DNA of 64,000 nucleotides from an uncultured Bacteroidales bacterium (GCA_963791065.1 CAWBQN010000018.1:269697-333696), one strand, 5' to 3'; shown: positions 19,296 to 29,248, counted from the stretch's first letter. The notes: generated by a model from the sequence alone, not told the origin. Program-made: numbers and translations.

Positions 19296-20071
19296 TATTT
19301 CAGCTCTTTACAATTGTATTCAATTTCCTTCAGCACAAATTCCCCATAGCAAAAATCACCATCAGGCCTCTGATATATGGTTGAGGCAGATGAACAAACT
19401 CTGATGCCATTGACAACCTTGGATTCTTTTACCGGGGTTGACCAGGGATAATTATTGTAAGTATTGCCATCAGTTGTTTCAAACCGGTCATTGCTGATGA
19501 AATTTTTAAGTTCCCCGCTTTCATTAAATATGAGTGTGGCACTAATTGTTATTTTCCCGTTAGTGAACATTGCCTTAACTGTCAAAGGATCGACTATTTC
19601 CCAATGAATAGACTTATCAATTAAAGTTGCAGGCGCCATACAGCACATATCATTAAAAACGGTCACAGTTTCTCCCTGATTCATTTCACTTCCACGTGCA
19701 TCAACAATTTTAAATAGTCCCAAAAGCTTAATTACCATGGAAGCTTTCTCATCCCTGTACAGATGAATACCCATTGCCGGGATCCCCATCTTATAGGCTT
19801 TTATATAAAAAATCCGTGTGGGATGGTCAAAAAAATTGTATTGCTCAGAAGAAAAATTCATCCAGCTATCCTTAGGTTTGGATCTGATCCTTCCTTCAAA
19901 TTTTATTCTCATGTTATGGAGCCGTTCCGTACCCACAATACCTGATTGAATAAGGTATTTTTTTACTATGGGTGGCAAATGATCCAGATCGTTCTTTGCA
20001 ATTAATGAGGGTATCACAGAATTTGTACGGAGCAGTCCGGTCCGGACTTCATTTTTGTATTGCCTTTTCAT
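19295..20071 (-). CDS. DUF6544-like protein, possibly missing its N-terminal TM
   Basis: DL.HLP.IVKKYL, F.SEQYNF, GE.VT.FND....PA.L, PW.TP. Confidence 0.7.
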   Translation of the reverse strand: MKRQYKNEVRTGLLRTNSVIPSLIAKNDLDHLPPIVKKYLIQSGIVGTERLHNMRIKFEGRIRSKPKDSWMNFSSEQYNFFDHPTRIFYIKAYKMGIPAMGIHLYRDEKASMVIKLLGLFKIVDARGSEMNQGETVTVFNDMCCMAPATLIDKSIHWEIVDPLTVKAMFTNGKITISATLIFNESGELKNFISNDRFETTDGNTYNNYPWSTPVKESKVVNGIRVCSSASTIYQRPDGDFCYGEFVLKEIEYNCKELK

Positions 20072-20227
20072 TATCTTATCTCAATAAACATTGTCCCTCG
20101 ACAAACTCCAGATTATCCCTCTTCAGGCTCGGGATAACAGAGAATAGTAAAGGGGAAGAGTGTCTCTATGAATGATTTATGCTTTTTTTTGTCCACCACG
20201 TTCCGATTACCGCATATCGGATTATTA

Positions 20228-21973
20228 TTATTTGATAAACTCAAATTTACGTAAAAAATCCTCAGCTTTTAAATCGGCTTGCTTTTGAATCTCCGGATCA
20301 GGTTTGGGCCAGCCATTGTCACCCAGGGAGGTGGGTGTAAATAAATGTCCAACGTTATCATATATCCGGAATTCGCAATAGTTACCATTTGCAATAAGCT
20401 TGTCATGAAACAGTTGTACGCCTTCCAGGGGAGTTACTGTATCATCTCTGCCCTGAAGTATTATGGCCGGTGGCAATCCGGGTTTTACATGGTCAACAGG
20501 AGAATAGTCTGCAGGATTTATTTTTTCTCCATTCAGAAGCTCAGTAAACCAGCCTCCGGTACCTGTCCCCGGCGAGGTAAGCAGGATCGCATCAGGTGCA
20601 CTGACAATTTTTGAATCTGGCAGGGTATCGGGAAAAATGGCAAGTGTTGCGCATAATTGAGCTCCGACAGACCAGCCTGATGCTGCAATTTTATTTTCTT
20701 TTATTTTTAAAGAATCAGCATTTTTGCGAAGCCAGAACATTAAATCTTTTACATCCTGAATTGCGTCGACAGGAGTTACATCCTTAAAGTTGGAGAGCCG
20801 GTATTGAGCTGCGATAGCTATCATACCCATACCTGCATAATGCTTCGCTTTCTCAAAAGCCCATGAAGGATTTCCCAGAACAAATCCTCCACCATGAATA
20901 ATAACCATGGCAGGTCTTTTATCACTTTTAATGATTTCGCCAGGATAAAAAATATTTGCTTCCAGCTGAAATCCGTTTATTGATTTGAAAATTTTTACAG
21001 TATGATTCTTGTCAGAATCCAGGTATGAATTGTACAGATCATTGATCTTGCTCCTATATATCTCTGTTTTACACGTTCTGTTAAATTCTTTAATATACTT
21101 TTCACTGTTTGACAACCAGGTATTTTGAATGTGCTCAGTCAGATACTCTGATAACCAGTAATCAGTCAAGACGCGGTTTTTGAAGATAATTGGTATATAC
21201 TCAAATAAAACATCCATCTTTTTAAGATTATAATGCTTATGATCAATGATTTTATCAGCTAATATATCAGTGTTATAATCAATCCATGCTCTGCAGTATC
21301 TTTTGTAGCTTTGCAGATCTGACAGAGCGGTGTCATCAATCGATATTGAATTAAGGTAATTGTAACATCCCTCGCTCAGAACTACTTTCTCACCGGTATA
21401 ACTGTAATGTTTTGCAGGATATTGAAGTATCAGGGAGCTGAAACTGAATTCAACATCTGCTTTAAAAAGTTTTGTAAAAGAGTTTGAAATATCCTTAGTG
21501 TGAACTGAAGCAAAAGGCTTTAAGAAAAGTTGTTTTATTGAATCCAGTGTTGAAATAAATTGCGCCTCATTTTTAGAATGAATCTTTACCCAGTTCTTAT
21601 TAAAGAAATCATTCGTTTCAGAGTTTATCAAAGATGCTTTTTTCAAATAATCGTTTTCAGCACTCAGATCTCCTTTATATATTAAACCACGCAAGTCGCC
21701 CGGTTTAATTTCAAACTCAACTGTTTTTAATGGTTCCAGATAGATTGACCAGTTCAAATTGCCATAATTAATTTCAATGAAACACGGGAATTTACGTTTA
21801 GCTGTAAAAATAAATGAACCATTGTCTGACAGGTAAAGGGTTTTTTCTCCGATTTTTATAGTGTAATCATTGGGTGTCAGAATTCCTCCTTTTATTTTAG
21901 CGCTATCTCTTACCTGGGAGTAGTTTGTTTGTGATAGTATCAGAAGTAAAGTAATAACAAAGAGAAATTTCAT
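20228..21973 (-). CDS. Secreted alpha/beta hydrolase (HGGG-type esterase C-terminal domain)
   Basis: Signal peptide; IHGGGF, QYRL, GWSVG, QG..D..TP, GH. Confidence 0.85.
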   Translation of the reverse strand: MKFLFVITLLLILSQTNYSQVRDSAKIKGGILTPNDYTIKIGEKTLYLSDNGSFIFTAKRKFPCFIEINYGNLNWSIYLEPLKTVEFEIKPGDLRGLIYKGDLSAENDYLKKASLINSETNDFFNKNWVKIHSKNEAQFISTLDSIKQLFLKPFASVHTKDISNSFTKLFKADVEFSFSSLILQYPAKHYSYTGEKVVLSEGCYNYLNSISIDDTALSDLQSYKRYCRAWIDYNTDILADKIIDHKHYNLKKMDVLFEYIPIIFKNRVLTDYWLSEYLTEHIQNTWLSNSEKYIKEFNRTCKTEIYRSKINDLYNSYLDSDKNHTVKIFKSINGFQLEANIFYPGEIIKSDKRPAMVIIHGGGFVLGNPSWAFEKAKHYAGMGMIAIAAQYRLSNFKDVTPVDAIQDVKDLMFWLRKNADSLKIKENKIAASGWSVGAQLCATLAIFPDTLPDSKIVSAPDAILLTSPGTGTGGWFTELLNGEKINPADYSPVDHVKPGLPPAIILQGRDDTVTPLEGVQLFHDKLIANGNYCEFRIYDNVGHLFTPTSLGDNGWPKPDPEIQKQADLKAEDFLRKFEFIK

Positions 21974-22082
21974 AATAGAATTATTTTATAAGTATTTAAC
22001 TGCTATAAAGTTTATAGTAAATTGATAATGTGCCTATAAAATTACGCAAAACTACTCACAGAGGGAGGGGAAGCCGGAAGGA

Positions 22083-22805
22083 TTATTCATTCGTAAGTAC
22101 ATATCTTAATCCTTTTGACCATGTTGGAAAAATCATATCCATATGATCAAAATCGTTTAATACAATCGATTTGAATTCAAATCCCTTGTAATTCCTCCTT
22201 TTTAATATATCAGTAAAGACTGTCAGCATACTATCGACATCACCGATTGTCCCTGAACACATAAAGAGCTTTACCGGCAATGAATCTGTATGAGTCGAAA
22301 GTTTTTGCTCCAGGTCAACGAGATACTGGTCATTTATAACAAAAGGACTGCCTGCAATATAATTTTTGAACATCGGCTTATCTTCTGCTGCACTCGAAAG
22401 CAAATTATACATAACGTAATATCCGCCTAAAGAATGGCCGATTAATGTATTGTTTCCGGATTTTGCTCTGTATGCCGAGTCAATATATGGAATCAACTCA
22501 TTCCGTAAAAAGCCAGTAAATAGTTTTCCTCCTCCGCTTCCTGGTATTCCATCTTTTTGAGGATAGGAGTAATCCCGTCCTCGTAAAGAATCCATTACCA
22601 TAAAGTCTTTATATCCAACACCAATATAAATTGCCTGTTTGCAATCTAATCCATTACTAATTAATTTCATCAATGTTGAAATCATATCAAATGCAACGTT
22701 AGCATCTAAAACATATACAGCAGGATAAGAATTTTTATCCTTATTATAATTTTTGGGAAGGCATGTGAAAATTTTGAAAGTATCCTTTTTATCCCGCACA
22801 AACAT
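22083..22805 (-). CDS. Putative esterase (IroE/Fes-like), probably 5'-truncated
   Basis: YP.VYVLD, IGVGY, R.RDY, ELIPYID, GHSLGG; start overlaps the upstream gene's end; no leader. Confidence 0.8.
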   Translation of the reverse strand: MFVRDKKDTFKIFTCLPKNYNKDKNSYPAVYVLDANVAFDMISTLMKLISNGLDCKQAIYIGVGYKDFMVMDSLRGRDYSYPQKDGIPGSGGGKLFTGFLRNELIPYIDSAYRAKSGNNTLIGHSLGGYYVMYNLLSSAAEDKPMFKNYIAGSPFVINDQYLVDLEQKLSTHTDSLPVKLFMCSGTIGDVDSMLTVFTDILKRRNYKGFEFKSIVLNDFDHMDMIFPTWSKGLRYVLTNE

Positions 22806-23244
22806 TATTTGCGTGCCGCACTGTCAGGCGCCATTTACCATCTCGCTTCATCCAGACATCTGTATATCGACGATGCAGTGCTGTTCCTGCGTTCGGAGCT
22901 CCCTTCGAAGGAACAACGATCTCATCGCCCATGACAACTACCATGTCTTTAAAGAACAGGAATGTTTCAGGATGACGCTCAAAGGATGTGTATCGAATGA
23001 CACCTTGTTGGACTAGACTAAGTAATTCTTTCTTTCCTCTCACAATCCTGTTTGTCGGATGGTTAATAGTAATGTTGTCATCCATCAGGCTATCTAAAGC
23101 TGCCTTGTCTCCATGAAAAATTGCATTAGCATGTGCTAATTCAAGTTTCCCTATCTCCTCACGGATTGCGGTGTTATCATTTTGGGCCGCTAATCTTGAA
23201 ACAATTACAAACATTGCAAAAGCAAGCATCACATTTTTTACCAT
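22789..23244 (-). CDS. Secreted NTF2-like / DUF4440 protein
   Basis: ATG at 23244 preceded by AAAGGAGG; signal peptide; RRYTDVW.KRDGKW.L..RHAN. Confidence 0.85.
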   Translation of the reverse strand: MVKNVMLAFAMFVIVSRLAAQNDNTAIREEIGKLELAHANAIFHGDKAALDSLMDDNITINHPTNRIVRGKKELLSLVQQGVIRYTSFERHPETFLFFKDMVVVMGDEIVVPSKGAPNAGTALHRRYTDVWMKRDGKWRLTVRHANNVCAG

Positions 23245-23369
23245 AAGAATTCCTCCTTTGTATGATTTATTTGAATAAGTTCTTGAAAATTTACCAACAG
23301 ATAATCTGACAGTATTGTTCGAACCAGTTCGTCGTGTGCTTGCCTCCCGTGTAATCGAAGACAAAACAA

Positions 23370-23415
23370 CTCTGTGCCCTCAGTGCTTCTCCGGATTTCC
23401 TCTGTGTAAGTTCTT
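23370..23415 (+). repeat. Family A 46-bp repeat
   Basis: 44/46 identical to the reverse complement of 25576-25621. Confidence 0.92.
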
Positions 23416-23477
23416 ATAAAATGCGTCGTACGTATTTTGAGAGCACAGAGAGTCTAAACCTTAACCTTAACTTCAAT

Positions 23478-23786
23478 CTACCACTCTTTTAATTGTGGAT
23501 AGAAAGTCACACCAATACTTCCGGGTACAAAAAGTGTTTTAAGCTCATCAAACTCTTTACAATTACGTAATTTTTCACCAATGGCTTTTACCTTTTCCAT
23601 ATTTTCGTAGTGGTATATAAATAACCATGCGTTTTCCCCGGTATCTTTCACCAGTTCAGCATTAATAAAACCATCCTGCTTTTTCTGGAAATCATTAAAA
23701 ATATCAGCCTTCAATGTCAGCTGTTCATCTGTTGTTGTTTCCAACGCCTTGAATTTTACAAATTCTGTAATAATTGTGTCTTTCAT
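23478..23786 (-). CDS. Small protein, ABM/dimeric alpha+beta barrel-like
   Basis: EFVKF, KQDGFI..EL, W.....YE pattern; directly downstream of an AraC regulator. Confidence 0.6.
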   Translation of the reverse strand: MKDTIITEFVKFKALETTTDEQLTLKADIFNDFQKKQDGFINAELVKDTGENAWLFIYHYENMEKVKAIGEKLRNCKEFDELKTLFVPGSIGVTFYPQLKEW

Positions 23787-23860
23787 AATCTGTTTTATTT
23801 AAAGTTTATGAAGACAAAAATAGGTGGTGAAAAACTGAAGAAATAGTATAAATACGACAG

Positions 23861-24682
23861 CTAGGTCAATTTTCCTATATTAAATATTGAATTGTTTTGA
23901 TGAATAAAGCCTTTAGGTGTATTTCCAGCAAAACGTTTGAACTCCTTAATGAAATGCATCTGATCGAAATAACCATTGTCATAGGCCAGGTTTGATAATT
24001 TGGAGTAATCGCTGTAAAGAAGTTGATTTAGACTGTTTTGAAAGCGGTTTATCGTGCCAAATGTATTAGCAGATACGCCCACATATTTATTGTACATGCG
24101 TTCCAGTTTACGCATACCTAGATTGTTCCTCTGACAGAATTCAGATATCTGCAGCGGGTTTTCGCTTTGTTTAAGTGTATTAAAGATCTGCCGGAAGTTC
24201 TCAGGAGTATGATTGCCTTTATTAAATAGCAGGACCAGCTCGCTTTCAAGAATATCTAATCTGGAGCCGACATCCGGAGCCTCCTTTAGCCGTTCACTAA
24301 TTGTACTGGCCAGCTTAAACCCAACTTCCCGGGCTCCGAGCAATTGATTTTTAAATTCAGAGACAGGTATTTTTAAAAAAGGATAAAAACCATCAGGTAA
24401 AAAACAAACGCCAAGCATATCAACCTTGCCATTTAATTTCAGATGGGCGTTCCTGAAATGATCATGTAGGCCCCAAAAGAATACATCTTCTAGTAGATGG
24501 TCCTTTTCATTCAGACATACATATTGAGGAGTTTCACTCAGATTGAATCTCAGATTGATATTTCTCTGAGGAATTAACTTGTGATTAAGCTGCATATGAT
24601 CAATATGAATCTCCCAGAAGAATTTGATATAATTCTTAAGCAAAGGATGCTGAACGGGGTATCTTTTTATTTCATGCTGCAT
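23861..24682 (-). CDS. AraC-family transcriptional regulator (DUF6597 + HTH type)
   Basis: P.LKNYIKFFW, RKLER.Y.KYVG, LAYDNGYFDQMHFIKEFKRFAG.TP. Confidence 0.92.
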   Translation of the reverse strand: MQHEIKRYPVQHPLLKNYIKFFWEIHIDHMQLNHKLIPQRNINLRFNLSETPQYVCLNEKDHLLEDVFFWGLHDHFRNAHLKLNGKVDMLGVCFLPDGFYPFLKIPVSEFKNQLLGAREVGFKLASTISERLKEAPDVGSRLDILESELVLLFNKGNHTPENFRQIFNTLKQSENPLQISEFCQRNNLGMRKLERMYNKYVGVSANTFGTINRFQNSLNQLLYSDYSKLSNLAYDNGYFDQMHFIKEFKRFAGNTPKGFIHQNNSIFNIGKLT

Positions 24683-24776
24683 CTGAAATCGAAGCGTAAA
24701 TTAAACTCTATAGTAAAAATAATAAAGAGTTTAACAATAATTAGAAATAAATTGAAATGAATACAAATATTAGCAC

Positions 24777-24863
24777 GCCCTGTGCCCTGAGCTCTGTGCC
24801 CTAAGCCCTGTGCCCTGAGCTCTGTGCCCTGAGCCCTGTGCCCTGAGCTCTGTGCCCTAAGCC
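24777..24863. repeat. Heptamer array x12 with a 28-bp higher-order unit x3
   Basis: (gccctgt gccctga gctctgt gccctRa) x3, ending 2 bp from the START gene stop. Confidence 0.95.
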
Positions 24864-24865
24864 AT

Positions 24866-25468
24866 TCATTTCTGAATTATTTTTCTTAGTTCCTTAAAAG
24901 TCGAAAGGGGCACGTTTACAATAAAAGGGTTTGCCAGCCAGGCTGGTATTAACCCCCCGGGCTCTACATGCATCTGATAAGTTACAGAAGTTGTGGATGT
25001 ATCAACTGATGTTAAAAGCCAGTAACCATTTGCTTTTGCCAATCTGACGATTCCTTCTTTGGGAGGAATATACTCAGGTATTCCGGTCACAATTACCTTT
25101 TCTTGTCCGCTGTCAATTCCAATATATTGAAAGTGATATACCATATCCCTGTTTTTAAAGGGAAAGGGGATAGATGTTTCGATATAGAAGTACTCATCAT
25201 TATTGTCACTTTTAAGCAATTTTACTCCCTTGCAGTTAACGATCCAATTATTAATACTCTCACTGTTTTTTAAAACTCCAACAATATTTTCAATTTTGCA
25301 GTTTACCTGCATTTCAGCTTTAAATGCTTTATAATCAGAACCAGATTCGTGTTTTGTATATACTTTAATTCCGTCTTCTTCTTTCACAAGTTTCCAGTTC
25401 TCCTGGGCAGAGGAACCAAAGGATATTAGCGAAACTATTGAAATAGTCCAGAATAGTCGTTGTTTCAT
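24866..25468 (-). CDS. START/SRPBCC domain protein (second homolog)
   Basis: Signal peptide; WKLVKEEDGIKVY, PFPFKNRD, EPGG.IP.WLAN. Confidence 0.87.
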   Translation of the reverse strand: MKQRLFWTISIVSLISFGSSAQENWKLVKEEDGIKVYTKHESGSDYKAFKAEMQVNCKIENIVGVLKNSESINNWIVNCKGVKLLKSDNNDEYFYIETSIPFPFKNRDMVYHFQYIGIDSGQEKVIVTGIPEYIPPKEGIVRLAKANGYWLLTSVDTSTTSVTYQMHVEPGGLIPAWLANPFIVNVPLSTFKELRKIIQK

Positions 25469-25500
25469 GAATAAATAGAAATAAATGAATTAGTTGAAAT

Positions 25501-25621
25501 CAAAGACAAAAGACAAAAGTAAAAAGATAAAAGTGAACAGTAAATAGTAAATGTGAACAGTAAACAGCAAGTATTAAGAACTTACACAGAGGAAATCGGG
25601 AGAAGCACAGAGGGCACAGAG
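25501..25621. repeat. Stacked heptamers (AAAAGAC-like, GTAAACA-like) followed by an inverted family A repeat (25576-25621)
   Basis: caaagacaaaagacaaaagtaaaaagataaaa; gtgaacagtaaatagtaaatgtgaacagtaaacag; aagaacttacacagag... Confidence 0.85.
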
Positions 25622-25706
25622 CGAATTGAACTTGGTGAGTCTTTGTGTCGCAGTTTTCAGGGCAGGCAGGTTAGTGGCAAAAAAGTTAAAAGGTTTTTGT
25701 TCCAAT

Positions 25707-26270
25707 TTATCGCAAATATTTCCTGACAACATAGTAGTCAGGATACTCCTTTATTATTCTGAAATTGTATTTTTTATACAGGTCTAAAGGTCCTTTATAA
25801 TGTTTCTCACATGATAATTCACCTATCCCGGGGTAGGCCTCCAGATAATCGTAATCCTTAGATGAATAGTCAATAATAATTTGCTCGAGAATTTTTTGTG
25901 CGATCCCTTGCCTCCTTACGTCAGGGTTTATTACAAAGCATACAATTGAACATACTTTATCATCCGGGTTATCAATTAAATCATAATACTTTAATAGCCT
26001 TTGGTAATTAAGCCGATTATTAACGTTGCACCATCCGACAGGTTTATCGTCGTGATATGCTAAATATCCGGTCATTTTCTTCTCTTTGATGAGCTTAATT
26101 ACTGAAGAACGGTTAGCATCTTTTTCCCATTGATCATTTGTCCCTATAAAATGGAATGAATAACAATAACATCCCGACCAATCCGGATTTTCAGTAAAGA
26201 CAATATTGTCAAAGAAAACTAAATAGTCGTTCAGCAGGTCAGTCGTTAATGGTTTAATTGAAAGATACAT
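25707..26270 (-). CDS. GNAT-family acetyltransferase
   Basis: Start MYLSIK at 26270; CYC, GYLAY....VGWC, CFVI.P..RRQGIA, EAYP. Confidence 0.88.
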   Translation of the reverse strand: MYLSIKPLTTDLLNDYLVFFDNIVFTENPDWSGCYCYSFHFIGTNDQWEKDANRSSVIKLIKEKKMTGYLAYHDDKPVGWCNVNNRLNYQRLLKYYDLIDNPDDKVCSIVCFVINPDVRRQGIAQKILEQIIIDYSSKDYDYLEAYPGIGELSCEKHYKGPLDLYKKYNFRIIKEYPDYYVVRKYLR

Positions 26271-26350
26271 AAAAAAGGCAGATGTGTGGTGTATCAAATT
26301 TACATTGAAAAGATTTGACGGGCAAATTTTTTCCAGCCTCAGTAAGTAAT

Positions 26351-26394
26351 AAGAACTTACACAGAGGTGCACAGAGGAGCACAGAGAACACAGA
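26351..26394 (-). repeat. Family A repeat (inverted)
   Basis: aagaacttacacagaggtgcacagaggagcacagagaacacaga. Confidence 0.85.
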
Positions 26395-26420
26395 AATTTT
26401 TGTGCCTTGTATCTCTGCAT

Positions 26421-27539
26421 TTATTTCACGACACATTTAAAAGTATCCGGATATCTGGCCAGAGAGTCCAGTTCGCCGGCTTTCAGTTCAATATTTAATC
26501 CCCAACCCTTGTAGAATATGAAGGCCTTGTCAATGAATGCTTTATTAATGTCAGTTGAATAAGGTACAAAATACTGATTCACCACTTTGTCATGATCACA
26601 ATTGATATCTAATACTTTTGCTATACCGGGACAATCAAAATTTAAGTCTTTAAAATCTATGATCTTCGTTAGAGGATCATATGGGGGTTGCTTCATGAAT
26701 ATCTTTCTTTCGCCATCAATTAAAGGCGTTTCAAAAACCTTAAAGTATATACGCATGTCAGTTATATCATATACAATACTCCATTTAGTAAAGAGTACCT
26801 GGCTTACCATCTTTAAAGTACCAAATGCGTAATCAATGGTCGAATCTGCCGTCGAAAGTGCGGTATGATTTGTTTGCTTTGCAGCGATGCAAAAATGAGA
26901 GAGTGAAGGATTCGATTGTGTATCGCCATTATTGTTATAACAGCTCACGGACTCATCATACGTGCTATTTGCCAAAGCCCGGAAAGGAAGATCCCTCCCG
27001 GTATGACACACAATCTTTCCGTTGAGGAACTCTATTGTTGCTGAATTTCCGGAACGATCGCAGATTAAGAAATGTATTTTACTGTTATCCTCAATTCGCA
27101 GGAATGTATCGCTATTTATCACTTCTTCAATTGTTGAGTAATAATCCAATTGAAATTGAATCCACTGAAAGGCTCCTATCACATAACGGTTGTCTTTGGA
27201 AGGATATTCTGTTTCATCCAGCGTCATATGTTCTATAACAAGTCCGTTTTCATTTATGCCGCCGAACGGCAGTTCTCTTCCAATCTGATTGAATGTCAAA
27301 CTTCCGAATTTCGAGACCCACTTGACAGGTTTCTCTGAAGAATTTACAAGTGCAACTTTCTCAAGATTCCTGGCGTTAACCATAACCAGTCCCGTACCGG
27401 TATACCAATCTAAATTGCGTCCGAAGACCAGCCTGTTTCCCTGCCGGAGAACAAAAGTTGTGCAAGGATAAACAGTGAAGGGGATTAAAATTGTCATAAT
27501 GATGACAAAGAGGATTATTATATATTTCCGTTTTTTCAT
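26421..27539 (-). CDS. Linear amide C-N hydrolase (choloylglycine hydrolase / penicillin V acylase family)
   Basis: Signal peptide followed by the Ntn nucleophile CTTF; GRNLDW, GINENGL, WIQFQLD, T.WSIVYD. Confidence 0.9.
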   Translation of the reverse strand: MKKRKYIIILFVIIMTILIPFTVYPCTTFVLRQGNRLVFGRNLDWYTGTGLVMVNARNLEKVALVNSSEKPVKWVSKFGSLTFNQIGRELPFGGINENGLVIEHMTLDETEYPSKDNRYVIGAFQWIQFQLDYYSTIEEVINSDTFLRIEDNSKIHFLICDRSGNSATIEFLNGKIVCHTGRDLPFRALANSTYDESVSCYNNNGDTQSNPSLSHFCIAAKQTNHTALSTADSTIDYAFGTLKMVSQVLFTKWSIVYDITDMRIYFKVFETPLIDGERKIFMKQPPYDPLTKIIDFKDLNFDCPGIAKVLDINCDHDKVVNQYFVPYSTDINKAFIDKAFIFYKGWGLNIELKAGELDSLARYPDTFKCVVK

Positions 27540-27550
27540 GGTGTATCTGA

Positions 27551-28410
27551 TTATATAGTATTCTCATTTTCAGGCTTCTTTGATTTTACTAATTCTATAG
27601 CTTTGTATAAGATCACAATTTCTAACAACTCAACCGGTATTGCAATAATTTCACCAACAAAAGCTAACAGGATTGTCAGGTAGAAGCATGCTGCGAAAAT
27701 TTCAAAGATGCCTGCAATGACAGGAAGCTGTCCAAGCGCTTTTTGAAGTTTGATAAGCGAGACCCCAAATAGGATACCTATTCCTCCAAATGTCAAAGCT
27801 TCAGAACCAAGTATAAATTCGCGTTCAACGGAATTCGTAAAATATTGAAGCTATATCATAGCTGATGATAAGGAAAAATTCCAAAAATCAGGAAGAATGA
27901 CATTATTTTTAGCAGGTAGTTTTTAAATAGGTGGCCCACAATAATGAAACCACGCTGAAAGAAAAAGAATGCTATCAGGACAGATATCTTCATGCAAACA
28001 TAAAAGGGAATGCTGAAAATCATCTGATGCTCTTTTATTCTGTAATATTCCGCAGCTCCCTCTAGAAATCCTAAAATGAAATAAATTAGTCCGGATAACC
28101 AGGCTATGTTCAGTTGTTTTACAATATAATCCGCTGGCCTATCCGGACTTATTTCTATTAGAAGGATCTCTCTAAGCCATTCGAAGAAGTTTGGAGCAGT
28201 TTTATCATCAAGATCTGATATTTTAGTCAAGTCATATTCAAGGGCAGCAAGAATAGTTTTTACAGTATAGCTTCTTGGGGTTACTTCTCCTGACTCGATT
28301 CGCTGAAGTGTCCTGACACTTATGTTACATTTGTCCACAAGCTCTTCCTGTGTAAGACCTCTATCTTTCCTTAATTCGGAGATCTTTTTACCTAATTCCG
28401 GTTGTTTCAT
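27551..28410 (-). CDS. XRE-family HTH protein with C-terminal membrane domain; frameshift near 27870
   Basis: MKQPELGKKI..LRK..GLTQEELV.KCNISVRTLQRIE; hydrophobic ORF 27551-27796 continues it in another frame. Confidence 0.82.
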
Positions 28411-28648
28411 AGCATCGCATTTAAAGTTTCATCAATATTACAATCGAAAAACTTATGCAAGAAATATTTGGGATGTACTTTACACGTCATTTACACGTCG
28501 TTTGGATGAAATTGCAAACTATCCAGGTCCCCCGACGAAAAAAAACATGTGAGTCCGATAGTCAGACCAGCATATTCAGTATCAGATTCTTTATTTCTCC
28601 CGCACACCGCATACCGATTTGCATGTGTTGCGCGTCGTGTTACAAATT

Positions 28649-29248
28649 TTATTTTCCGGAATTCTCCAGAATTATACTCACAACATCAGGACCAACAGCA
28701 TCAAACATTGCTTCAATATTATGAGTATAGTCTTCATTATGACTCATGATAGCGTCTTTTATAAGAAACGCCTTATAGTCATTATTCTGGGCTCCGATCC
28801 AAGTTGCTAGAACACACCCTACTGCACTTAAGCCACAAAGGAATACGGTATTACAATCTTTCTCTTTTAAGACTTTATTTAGATCGGTTTTATTGAATCC
28901 ATCAGGATATGTCTTAATTACTTTAGGGTCATCAGGTTTGATTAATACTGACGTTGGAAATTCAAATTGTTCGGTTCCCTGTTCCGGACCAAATTGTTTG
29001 CTGTAATGATAAATCCTGATTATTGGGAAGCCATGGCTGCGAAAAAATTGTATATAGTAGTTTATATTTACCATAGCTACTTCTTTTTCCCTTTGAGCCA
29101 TTCCGCTCAGATATGCATTTTGAATATCAATAACCAGCAGAGCTGGTCTTATTAGAGTCTTTTGCTCCTGTTGCTCCTGGGAGAATGTGTTACATGAGAT
29201 AATCACAAAGATGATTATCAAACCAAATTGGATGATTCTGCTTTTCAT
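28649..29248 (-). CDS. Isochorismatase-family cysteine hydrolase (exported)
   Basis: ALLVIDIQN, K..PDGF..TDL, GL.AVGCV.AT. Confidence 0.9.
   Translation of the reverse strand: MKSRIIQFGLIIIFVIISCNTFSQEQQEQKTLIRPALLVIDIQNAYLSGMAQREKEVAMVNINYYIQFFRSHGFPIIRIYHYSKQFGPEQGTEQFEFPTSVLIKPDDPKVIKTYPDGFNKTDLNKVLKEKDCNTVFLCGLSAVGCVLATWIGAQNNDYKAFLIKDAIMSHNEDYTHNIEAMFDAVGPDVVSIILENSGK

Noticed and set aside
6925..26394. Family A copies or heptamer arrays as a CRISPR array
   Set aside because: Copies are dispersed in both orientations, with no regular unique spacers and no cas genes
26271..26420. N-terminal extension of the GNAT ORF (also 23245-23364 for DUF4440)
   Set aside because: Open frames through repeat or intergenic DNA; better starts lie at 26270 and 23244
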